From IMG/VR virus record IMGVR_UViG_3300044655_001017: 64,000 nucleotides of DNA; one strand, written 5' to 3'. Below, piece after piece: positions 20,314-28,644 of this stretch (its first letter is position 1; the number at the start of each line of letters is the position of its first letter). Both the position numbers and the translations under genes were made by a program. This DNA is from a virus (taxonomy: Duplodnaviria; Caudoviricetes). The notes beneath the pieces were generated by a model. That model made no database searches and was not told the origin of the DNA. It saw only the letters and a program-made list of their open reading frames with translations.

Positions 20314-20714
20314 AAAGAGTATTAGCAGTTATTTTACTTAGTATGCTATCTGGTTGCGCAGCAATGGATGCGTATTTTATGGCAAAATTTGATCAAAACG
20401 AATATCAATTAATCAATGACGTTCGGAGTCTTTCGCAAATAGGATCAGAGTTTTGTAGTAATCAACAACAAATGGTTCCTATTGTAGATCGTATATATTT
20501 AAAAAGTATTGAATTTAAAAACTATGCTGAATTTATACCAGAAAACAAAGTAACTATGAAACTATCAGAATCATTAATGGATTTAACAGAACCATTACAT
20601 GTACGATATCATAAAACAGAAAAAATAAGTGAAGCATATTGTAAACAAAAAATGGATATTTTAACAAAAGCGGCAACTACAATTGCCCAAACTATAGGGA
20701 GTAAACCACGATGA
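20310..20714 (+). CDS. Lipoprotein of unknown function
   Basis: MKRVLAVILLSMLSGC lipobox. Confidence 0.75.
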   Translation: MKRVLAVILLSMLSGCAAMDAYFMAKFDQNEYQLINDVRSLSQIGSEFCSNQQQMVPIVDRIYLKSIEFKNYAEFIPENKVTMKLSESLMDLTEPLHVRYHKTEKISEAYCKQKMDILTKAATTIAQTIGSKPR

Positions 20715-20980
20715 GTACACAAGATATTTTAAATAGTTTAAGCGGATACGATACTGTTAAAAGTCACGCTCTTGCAGATGCAGCAGCAGAACTTAAAGGA
20801 TTAACTGAAGACTTTCAAAACGGTGTAATTAGCGCGTCTGAATATGAAGAACTATTACAAGATATTTCTACAACTGGAATTATCATCGAAGATGCGGCAG
20901 CACTTAACGCACAAACTGAATTAAACAAAATTATAAACACTGCAATCACAATTGCATCAACCGCTGCAAAAGCAATTTAA
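20711..20980 (+). CDS. Hypothetical helical protein
   Basis: ATGA overlap; 89 aa. Confidence 0.7.
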   Translation: MSTQDILNSLSGYDTVKSHALADAAAELKGLTEDFQNGVISASEYEELLQDISTTGIIIEDAAALNAQTELNKIINTAITIASTAAKAI

Positions 20981-20997
20981 ATACAAGGAACGTACCA

Positions 20998-21468
20998 ATG
21001 GAACAAAACGAGGATTTTATGACAAAATACTGGCGCCCAATGATGGCAATGACATACATGATTACATGTTTGTTTGACTTCGTGCTAGGACCGATATTAT
21101 ATAACATTTTGCAATACTACAACCCAGGTCAAAACTTAGACATGTGGCAACCATTAACATTACAAGGTGGTGGGCTTTATCACATTGCAATGGGTGTTGT
21201 ATTAGGTATCTCAGCACACGGCCGTACACAAGAAAAAATTGCTGGTCCTAATTTACCAGATTTTAGCAGCTTTACTCCACCGCTAGCGGCTCCAGCACCT
21301 GCGCCCGTATATGCTCCAGCACCTGCGCCTGTATATGCTCCAGCACCTGCGCCTGTATATGCTCCAGCACCCGTAGTAGAAGCAGCGCCGGAACCAGTAG
21401 TTGAAAAGGCTCCTGTTAGAAAAAGAGCAATAGCAAAACCAATTCCAAAATCAGATGACCCAATCTAA
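20998..21468 (+). CDS. Putative holin (3TM / GTA-holin-like) with Pro-rich tail
   Basis: YWRPMMAMTYMITCLFDF...WQPLTLQGGGLYHIAMGVVLGISAHGRTQEK; lies in the lysis cluster. Confidence 0.65.
   Translation: MEQNEDFMTKYWRPMMAMTYMITCLFDFVLGPILYNILQYYNPGQNLDMWQPLTLQGGGLYHIAMGVVLGISAHGRTQEKIAGPNLPDFSSFTPPLAAPAPAPVYAPAPAPVYAPAPAPVYAPAPVVEAAPEPVVEKAPVRKRAIAKPIPKSDDPI
21289..21371 (+). repeat. 24-bp tandem repeat, about 3.5 copies (APAPAPVY)
   Basis: GCTCCAGCACCTGCGCCYGTATAT three times plus a partial copy. Confidence 0.95.
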
Positions 21469-21477
21469 GGATAACTT

Positions 21478-21708
21478 ATGAAAAAACTATTATCACTAAT
21501 TATTATTAGCATGTTAGCAGCACCAGTTGCGTATGCAAATCACGAAGAAGGACACGTTGGTCCAACTACTAAAGAAGTTTGCAAAACTGTAAAAGGTAAG
21601 AAACAATGTAAAACTATCAAAGTTCATAAGAAATTTGAAGGTAAAAAAGTTCCACCTAAAAAAGCAGTTGTAAAACCTGCTCCAAAAAAAGTAGTAAAAC
21701 GTAAATAA
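21478..21708 (+). CDS. Small secreted Lys-rich protein
   Basis: Signal peptide ending AYA, two Cys, very basic C-terminus. Confidence 0.7.
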   Translation: MKKLLSLIIISMLAAPVAYANHEEGHVGPTTKEVCKTVKGKKQCKTIKVHKKFEGKKVPPKKAVVKPAPKKVVKRK

Positions 21709-21716
21709 TCAAAATA

Positions 21717-21768
21717 TTGACAGGTCAGGTCTTGTATAGTATAATTACTATACAAACTGACCTTTTTT
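21717..21768 (+). promoter_or_regulatory. sigma70-type promoter overlapping a terminator-like hairpin
   Basis: TTGACA(21717)-N17-TATAAT(21740); hairpin AGGTCAG..TTGTATAGT / ACTATACAA..CTGACCT, then a T run. Confidence 0.75.
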
Positions 21769-21782
21769 ATGAGAAATTAACC

Positions 21783-22616
21783 ATGACAGACTTTTATTCA
21801 AAATTAGGTGTGTCCAACGACGCATCACAAGACGATATTAAAAAAGCATATCGTTCGTTAGCAAACAAACATCACCCTGACAAAGGCGGAAACCAGGCAA
21901 CGTTTAAAGATATTTCAGTAGCGTATGATACGTTAAGTGATCCACAAAAACGTCAAGAATATGACATGCAACAAAATGGACACCAATTTAGTGGATTTGG
22001 AGGGGGACAACATTTCCATTTTGATATGAATGATGTATTTGGACAGCATGCGCATTTTACAAATATGTTTGGAAATGGGTTTAGACAACAACAACGTAAT
22101 AAAGATTTAAATCTACAAGTGCAAGTAACATTAGTTGAATCATTTAACGGTAAACAAGTAGATGCAACATTTAATTTACCCAGTGGTAGACCTCAAACCG
22201 TTTCTATAAACGTACCTGCAGGCATTGATCACGGAGACGCTATCCGATATAACGGATTAGGTGACGATTCTATCTCCGGTATTCCTCGAGGAAATCTTAA
22301 TGTTACTATTCATGTACTGCCAGATCGTAACTTTAGACGTGAAGGTAATGATTTATATACTACATTAGATATTAATCCAATTGAAGCAATGATTGGATGT
22401 ATTAAACCGGTTAACACTATTACCGGAGGAACTATTGATTTAACAATTAGACCTGGAGTAGAAACAGGAACAAAATTTGCAAACGGTTCCGGTTTTACTA
22501 ATTTACATAGTAAACAAGTTGGACAATTTATTACAATTATTAATATTAAAGTTCCTGCAATTACTGATCCTTCATTAATTTCACAATTAAAAATATTAAA
22601 CAGTCAAATAAATTGA
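21783..22616 (+). CDS. dnaJ: DnaJ/CbpA-type co-chaperone (no zinc finger)
   Basis: MTDFYSKLGV, IKKAYR, HHPDKGG, AYDTLSD, G/F-rich region, C-terminal domain; true start 21783. Confidence 0.9.
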   Translation: MTDFYSKLGVSNDASQDDIKKAYRSLANKHHPDKGGNQATFKDISVAYDTLSDPQKRQEYDMQQNGHQFSGFGGGQHFHFDMNDVFGQHAHFTNMFGNGFRQQQRNKDLNLQVQVTLVESFNGKQVDATFNLPSGRPQTVSINVPAGIDHGDAIRYNGLGDDSISGIPRGNLNVTIHVLPDRNFRREGNDLYTTLDINPIEAMIGCIKPVNTITGGTIDLTIRPGVETGTKFANGSGFTNLHSKQVGQFITIINIKVPAITDPSLISQLKILNSQIN

Positions 22617-22640
22617 CTTTTAATTGTAATAGTGTATAAT
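22613..22640 (+). promoter_or_regulatory. sigma70-type promoter candidate
   Basis: TTGACT-N16-TATAAT upstream of clpA. Confidence 0.6.
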
Positions 22641-22674
22641 ATAACTTTATTAACAACTACACAAGGAACTTATT

Positions 22675-24969
22675 ATGGTTGAACCAAGCGAAAATTTACA
22701 AGCAATTTTTGATAAAGCTATCTCGTCTGCAAAAAATATGCATCACGAGTATGTAACACTTGAGCATGTATTGTTCGCAATGCTCATGGAGGATAAAGCA
22801 TTTACTGACTCACTAGACCATTTTGGTGCTGACACTTTATTTTTAAAAAATGTAGTTCTTGACCATTTGCAATCAAAATGTCACGAAATTACTACAGTTG
22901 ATGTAGTCGTTAAACCTAAGAAAACACAAGCAGTTGAACGCTCATTAAATCGCGCATTTACGCAAGTGTTGTTTAACGGTGGCACACGTATTGAACCGGC
23001 TGACTTCTTTTTAGCTATGTTGGGAGAAAAACGATCTTGGGCGTTTTATTATGTAGCACAAGTAAACATTACTAAAGAGAAATATGCCGAATACGTTCAA
23101 AATGTTACGTTAGATGAAGATACACCTGCAGGTGCAGCTAAACCTAATTCACAAACACACAAAGCGTTACAGGCGTATACTACTAATTTAAACGAGGAAG
23201 TTAAGAATAGTAAAATTGATCCTGTTATTGGCCGTGTAGATGAATTAGAACACATCGCACTAGCACTCGGACGTCGCAGTAAAAACAATGTTATTATGGT
23301 AGGTGATCCGGGCGTAGGTAAAACTGCAATTGCTGAAGGGCTTGCATTTAATATTGTAAATGGATCAGTTCCTGAGTTCCTTATAGATTATACTGTGTAT
23401 AATTTAGACATTGCTGCAATGTTAGCAGGTTCTAAATACCGAGGTGATTTTGAAGAACGTTTTAAACAAGTAATCAAATCATTACAAAAACTTGGTAAAT
23501 GCGTATTGTTTATTGATGAAGCACACATGATTAGTGGCGCAGGTGCATCAGGTAGTTCATCAAACGACTTAGCAAATATGATGAAACCTGCATTAAGCAA
23601 AGGCAATATTAAAGTTATTGCATCAACTACATGGGACGAGTATCGTAAACACTTTGAGAAAGATCGGGCATTGATGCGCAGATTCCAACGTATTACAGTT
23701 GATGAACCTACTCAAGAAATGACTTTACAAATTCTTAAAGGTATTAAGAAATATTACGAAGGACATCACAAACTTAAAATTAAGGACGAGGCATTGCAAG
23801 CGTCAATTAAATTATCTGTAAAATATCAAGCAGATAAAAAATTACCTGATAAAGCAATTGACTTAATTGACTGTGCGTGTTCACGATTTAACTTAAAAAT
23901 TGCTGATCAACGGGTAGTTACTGAAGCTGATATTCAGTTTGAATTAGCTAAAATGGTTAACATGCCAGTTGAACAAATTATGCAAACTGAAACTAGTTCG
24001 CTAATTACCCTACAAGAAAAACTTGAAGCTGAGGTATTTGGTCAAGATACTGCGTTAACTGAAATTGTTGATAAAATTATGGTTGCACAAGCAGGTTTAA
24101 AATCAGAAAATAAACCAATTGGCAGCTTTGTATTTATGGGGCCTACCGGTTGCGGTAAAACTGAGACTGCTAAGGCACTTGCTAAACATTTAAATACTAA
24201 ATTATTGCGATTTGATATGTCAGAATATCAAGAGAAACACAGTATTAGTAAACTGATTGGTAGTCCTCCTGGTTATGTAGGATTTGAAGATAATGCAGGT
24301 CTTTTGATTACACAAATTCAAGAGAATCCTAATGCTGTACTATTGTTTGACGAGATTGAAAAATCGCATCCTGACGTATCTACTGTATTATTACAAATGA
24401 TGGACAACGGGTTTATTACAGGATCAAATGGTAAACAAGCTGATTGTCGTCACATTGTATTAATTTTAACTACTAATGCCGGCGCTCAAACTGCAGAAAA
24501 GAATCAAATTGGTTTTGGTGCTCAAGAAAAAGACTATTCAGATGCAGATCTTAAGAAATTCCTATCGCCTGAATTCCGTAACAGATTAGATGGTGTTATT
24601 ACATTTAACAAGTTAAGTAAAGATTCAATGGTAAAAGTTATTAACAAGTTCATTGATGAAGTACGTGATCAGGTTAAAGACAAAGGTATTCGTATTAAGA
24701 TTGATAAGTTTGCAACTAATTGGTTGTTAGAAAAAGGTTTTGATCCTAAAATGGGTGCTAGACCACTACATCGCATTATTGATAAAGAGATCAAACGTGA
24801 TCTTGCTAAAATGATGTTATTTGGTGATCTTAAAACTGGCGGGTGGCTAACTGTTACAGTAGTAGATGATAACATTTCACTTGTTGCTAAACCTAAGTTA
24901 GCTAAAGTACCACTACTTACTGCTAAAGAAGTACTTACTAGTGTATTTAGTGTTGAAGATGCAGATTAA
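22675..24969 (+). CDS. clpA: ClpA-type AAA+ unfoldase
   Basis: Clp N-domain (HEYVTLEH), two AAA modules (GDPGVGKT, FIDEAH; GPTGCGKT, LFDEIEK), no ClpB middle domain, IGF loop QIGFG. Confidence 0.92.
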   Translation: MVEPSENLQAIFDKAISSAKNMHHEYVTLEHVLFAMLMEDKAFTDSLDHFGADTLFLKNVVLDHLQSKCHEITTVDVVVKPKKTQAVERSLNRAFTQVLFNGGTRIEPADFFLAMLGEKRSWAFYYVAQVNITKEKYAEYVQNVTLDEDTPAGAAKPNSQTHKALQAYTTNLNEEVKNSKIDPVIGRVDELEHIALALGRRSKNNVIMVGDPGVGKTAIAEGLAFNIVNGSVPEFLIDYTVYNLDIAAMLAGSKYRGDFEERFKQVIKSLQKLGKCVLFIDEAHMISGAGASGSSSNDLANMMKPALSKGNIKVIASTTWDEYRKHFEKDRALMRRFQRITVDEPTQEMTLQILKGIKKYYEGHHKLKIKDEALQASIKLSVKYQADKKLPDKAIDLIDCACSRFNLKIADQRVVTEADIQFELAKMVNMPVEQIMQTETSSLITLQEKLEAEVFGQDTALTEIVDKIMVAQAGLKSENKPIGSFVFMGPTGCGKTETAKALAKHLNTKLLRFDMSEYQEKHSISKLIGSPPGYVGFEDNAGLLITQIQENPNAVLLFDEIEKSHPDVSTVLLQMMDNGFITGSNGKQADCRHIVLILTTNAGAQTAEKNQIGFGAQEKDYSDADLKKFLSPEFRNRLDGVITFNKLSKDSMVKVINKFIDEVRDQVKDKGIRIKIDKFATNWLLEKGFDPKMGARPLHRIIDKEIKRDLAKMMLFGDLKTGGWLTVTVVDDNISLVAKPKLAKVPLLTAKEVLTSVFSVEDAD

Positions 24970-25564
24970 TACTACTAAAAAATTATACAAAGGCAAATAC
25001 CAGTACAATATTGTGCTGGTATGCGCATTTAGTCATGTATTTAGAGGTCCTGATAGTAATGCATATTTTAATAGAATTAATCGTGAAGAAAAGTTACTTA
25101 ACACTAATAACACATGGCGATCACCGTTAGATCTAGCATATACTATGGAGATTTATAACAAACTAGCAGATATGGATGACTACAGTACTCGAGTTGAATT
25201 TCCTACAGTTACAATTTACACTAATGAATATAGCAACATTATTAGACTACGTGATATTAATGTAGATAAAGTTCGCAGTATTAGTATGCCGCCTGCTAAT
25301 TTAACAGCAGGTACAGTTTACATGCCAACAATGAACTACGAATTTCGTGTTACTATTGGCAGAACTGAGAAACAGTATTTAGATTTCTTAGAATGGGCAG
25401 ATGCTATTAACAAATTACGAGTTACTAACGGCTGTAGAGAAATGTTGTTGCAGCAAGCTAGTTACGGCGGCGGGCATTTTTACGTAACCGGTGAAAATAT
25501 GTTGCTCATGTGTAAAATGCAACTTGCAGGTATAAAACTTACAGTTGACCGGATAGTGCATTAA
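24959..25564 (+). CDS. Hypothetical protein
   Basis: Start MQINTTKK overlaps the end of clpA. Confidence 0.7.
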   Translation: MQINTTKKLYKGKYQYNIVLVCAFSHVFRGPDSNAYFNRINREEKLLNTNNTWRSPLDLAYTMEIYNKLADMDDYSTRVEFPTVTIYTNEYSNIIRLRDINVDKVRSISMPPANLTAGTVYMPTMNYEFRVTIGRTEKQYLDFLEWADAINKLRVTNGCREMLLQQASYGGGHFYVTGENMLLMCKMQLAGIKLTVDRIVH

Positions 25565-25565
25565 G

Positions 25566-25573
25566 TATAAATA
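25566..25573 (+). promoter_or_regulatory. T4-like late promoter (TATAAATA)
   Basis: Exact motif heading the 25596-32574 cluster. Confidence 0.65.
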
Positions 25574-25595
25574 TACTAATAACACGGGATTAACT

Positions 25596-25970
25596 ATGCG
25601 TATTAAAGATCTACTTGAAAATGCTCACTTTAAAAGTGAAGAGTTTATTAAACAATCTGAGGACGGTAATGAGATTGATTTTGATTTAACCGAAGATTTA
25701 GTTTTCTTTTTAAACAACGACGACGATGCGTATCGCCGGCACCTTTTACCTGCAGTGTATAACTTTATTGATAAACAAAAAGCAGGTAACAACCCTAAAT
25801 ATACTATTTTTAAAACTGCAGTAGCAGATGGTTATAAACGGTATACTAAAGAATACCCTATGCGAGAGCTACCAACTGAAATAGATACTAAAATTTGGAA
25901 GTTATCTTGTAAGAAAATCTTTAATGACGTATCTAAAGATATGAAAGACGGTACTTACGACCACACTTAA
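25596..25970 (+). CDS. Hypothetical protein, possible capsid-internal protein
   Basis: MRIKDLLE N-terminus. Confidence 0.7.
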   Translation: MRIKDLLENAHFKSEEFIKQSEDGNEIDFDLTEDLVFFLNNDDDAYRRHLLPAVYNFIDKQKAGNNPKYTIFKTAVADGYKRYTKEYPMRELPTEIDTKIWKLSCKKIFNDVSKDMKDGTYDHT

Positions 25971-25990
25971 CATTATATAGAGGTAATAAC

Positions 25991-27706
25991 ATGGCAGGAA
26001 TTGCACATCCTGAAGATCTTATCATTAATGAAGGATCTAACGGCGCCCATCGAGCAGTTAATGAATTAACTAGTCTTTCTTATAACACTAACACATTAAC
26101 TATCAAATGGGACGGGTTTCCTGCTATAGTTTTTGGTCGCAACAGTAACGGCACACTAGTGTTTGTTGATAAACACATGTTCAAACAAATCGCCGCTGGC
26201 AAACTCAACTTTACTACTATTAGAGATTACGATAATGCTCGTAACGTTAATCGTAGTGACCTATGGGACAAAGAAGATATCTTACGCCCTGCATTAGAAA
26301 GAATTATCCCAAACGTAACTGATACTTATTATATGGGCGACTTGTTATGGGCTGGGATTCCTTCTAGTAATACTAATTCATTTGTCTTTAAACCTAACAC
26401 TGTTGAGTATCAGGTTAAACATAACAGCGACCTAGGACGATCAATTTCTAACAGTGTAGGAGGAATTGCAGTCCATACCTTTTTTCCAGGATTAACTGCA
26501 GAAGACGAGCCTATTACTGGATTTAACGGATTTTCAGAATGTAAAGATATTACGTTTATTGCAACTGAGATGACAACTAAACCAATTATTAGTATAAACA
26601 ACGCATTATTATTAACTGCACAACACGCAATAACAACACACAGTAACGCTGTAGACGCGTTTATTGCTAAATTAACAGAGTTAAAATGTAAATGTGTAAT
26701 TACTGCAATAGGTCCATTTATTTCTAGTATGATTGAGTCTGGTAATATAGAAACTAATATAGTTTTAAGATTTATTGAATTTGCAACACCTAGATTTACT
26801 CAATCTGCTCGCACTAAACTGTTTTCTCCAAATGGAAACTTACGCAACGACATTTATATTGGTATTGTAGGATTATGGGAAATATGGAGTGCAATTTATA
26901 ATCTTAAATTAGATATTAAACGTCAGATAGATGTCCATCAACTGTACAGTGCTGTACAACCTGTAATAAATAGTATTATAAGTCACGAAGGCTATGTGTG
27001 CGGTGCCGGTGTTAACAAAATAAAAATTGTTAATCGATTAGAATTTAGTCGTGCTAACTTTTCTAAATACAAAGTTTCTGCAGAGGAAATTAAAGAAAAA
27101 AGTAACATGCCAATGGCAACTTTTTGCTTTGGTAGAATGAATCCTCCTACAGTTGGACATAAGAAAGTTATACAACAAACGGTAGCACTTGGAAAAGAAC
27201 ATGCATATATTTTTGCAAGTAATAAACATGACCCTAAAAGTGATCCATTAGAGTACGATGTTAAAACCGAATTTATTAAAAAAATTTATCCTGATTATTC
27301 TAACTTTATGGTAACTGAATATGTTAGAGATCCATGGCAAGCTGCATGCTGGTTGTATGATAGAGGATACCGACACATGACTTTTGTTGCAGGCAGTGAT
27401 AGACTAGGAAACAATACTAGAAGTTTAGAAACTGCACTTAACAATTGGAATAGTGGTCCATCTCGCACAACTGATTATGCTCGCGGCCCAAACGGTAGAG
27501 AACATGTAGTATTAAAATTTGTTAGCAGTGGAGATCGTAAAGATGAAACTAATAACGCTAGTGGTACATTAGCACGTGAATACGCTAAAATAGGTGACAA
27601 GATTAATTTCCAACTAATAACTGGTGTAAGTGAAGATATTACAGTGTGTGGTAAAACCTTATATGAAGCTACTAGAGAGGGAATGAATGTACAACGGAAT
27701 GAATAA
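25991..27706 (+). CDS. Two-domain protein: ligase-like nucleotidyltransferase plus HIGH-family (cytidylyltransferase-like) domain
   Basis: N-terminal IKWDGFPA (KxDG) and EGYV; C-terminal FCFGRMNPPTVGH and FVAGSDR. Confidence 0.7.
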   Translation: MAGIAHPEDLIINEGSNGAHRAVNELTSLSYNTNTLTIKWDGFPAIVFGRNSNGTLVFVDKHMFKQIAAGKLNFTTIRDYDNARNVNRSDLWDKEDILRPALERIIPNVTDTYYMGDLLWAGIPSSNTNSFVFKPNTVEYQVKHNSDLGRSISNSVGGIAVHTFFPGLTAEDEPITGFNGFSECKDITFIATEMTTKPIISINNALLLTAQHAITTHSNAVDAFIAKLTELKCKCVITAIGPFISSMIESGNIETNIVLRFIEFATPRFTQSARTKLFSPNGNLRNDIYIGIVGLWEIWSAIYNLKLDIKRQIDVHQLYSAVQPVINSIISHEGYVCGAGVNKIKIVNRLEFSRANFSKYKVSAEEIKEKSNMPMATFCFGRMNPPTVGHKKVIQQTVALGKEHAYIFASNKHDPKSDPLEYDVKTEFIKKIYPDYSNFMVTEYVRDPWQAACWLYDRGYRHMTFVAGSDRLGNNTRSLETALNNWNSGPSRTTDYARGPNGREHVVLKFVSSGDRKDETNNASGTLAREYAKIGDKINFQLITGVSEDITVCGKTLYEATREGMNVQRNE

Positions 27707-28110
27707 TGAAACGATATACAACTGAAGATATACGAAAATTTGAGATTGCGGTAAATGAAATGAAACGTAGTTTAATCCGTGAAGGTAAACTACGTCAATC
27801 CTCAAAAGATGCAGCATCTGGGTTAGATGTATGGCCTGCATTAAATAACAACAATAATCCATACGATGCTTATAGATTTGGTATTGCACTGGCAGGGGCG
27901 CCTGATTTTAAAACTGATAAAAAAGGTCCAAACGGTGGAGATTTTATGACATTGTCATTTACTAGTGGCGATGAAGAAATATTAAATTCAGCTGCAAAAC
28001 AAATGGGCGTTAGCAGATCATCTGTTGCATCAAAAAAATCTAAAGAAACAGATGATGTACATAAAGTTAGTCCAGTTGCTAATAAAAAGCGTAACCGGTA
28101 TGGGGTTTAG
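27706..28110 (+). CDS. Hypothetical protein
   Basis: Coupled ORF; NPYDAYRFGIALAGAP. Confidence 0.7.
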   Translation: MKRYTTEDIRKFEIAVNEMKRSLIREGKLRQSSKDAASGLDVWPALNNNNNPYDAYRFGIALAGAPDFKTDKKGPNGGDFMTLSFTSGDEEILNSAAKQMGVSRSSVASKKSKETDDVHKVSPVANKKRNRYGV

Positions 28111-28113
28111 AAT

Positions 28114-28374
28114 GTGAAACAATATAAAATAACATCTGAAAATATATTACAAGACAGTCCTGATGACTGTTTTCTTGCACCCGACGATCCAATACAAGAA
28201 CTAAAGATCGCTCATTATTTAGGTGGACTTGGTGCCGATGCTAGATTACACGAATATCGCGCAAAGAAAACTGAACAAAAAACGTTCAGTGATGAGCGCG
28301 GTAAATATCAACGCGAAAATAATATCAAACCCGGAACTCCTGCATGGTTTGAACTATGGAGTAAACCGTTATGA
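28114..28374 (+). CDS. Hypothetical protein
   Basis: GTG start; IKPGTPAWFELW. Confidence 0.65.
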   Translation: MKQYKITSENILQDSPDDCFLAPDDPIQELKIAHYLGGLGADARLHEYRAKKTEQKTFSDERGKYQRENNIKPGTPAWFELWSKPL

Positions 28375-28622
28375 AAATTAGAGAAATTATATCAGAAACT
28401 GCATCAGCAGGTGCTACTAGTTCTGCAAGTATTGGTACAGTTCCTAACCCACATATTAGCCCAGGTACCGCTAGAGGCAAAAAATCATATACAGGATCGC
28501 CCGGAAAAAGCGGAACTAAATCGCCTCCTCAGCCATCACCAACAAAACAAAAACCAACTGACAATGCATTAGATATGAAGGGTGTTAGCTTATTTGGTGG
28601 CGGAACTATTAAAAGAGGCTAA
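28371..28622 (+). CDS. Hypothetical protein, possible capsid-internal protein
   Basis: MKIREIISE N-terminus, then a low-complexity region. Confidence 0.7.
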   Translation: MKIREIISETASAGATSSASIGTVPNPHISPGTARGKKSYTGSPGKSGTKSPPQPSPTKQKPTDNALDMKGVSLFGGGTIKRG

Positions 28623-28644
28623 ATATACAATAACGGAGTTTACC

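Noticed and set aside
21289-21371. Possible CRISPR array (also 57765-57839)
   Set aside because: The units abut with no spacers, lie in frame inside CDSs, and no cas genes are present.
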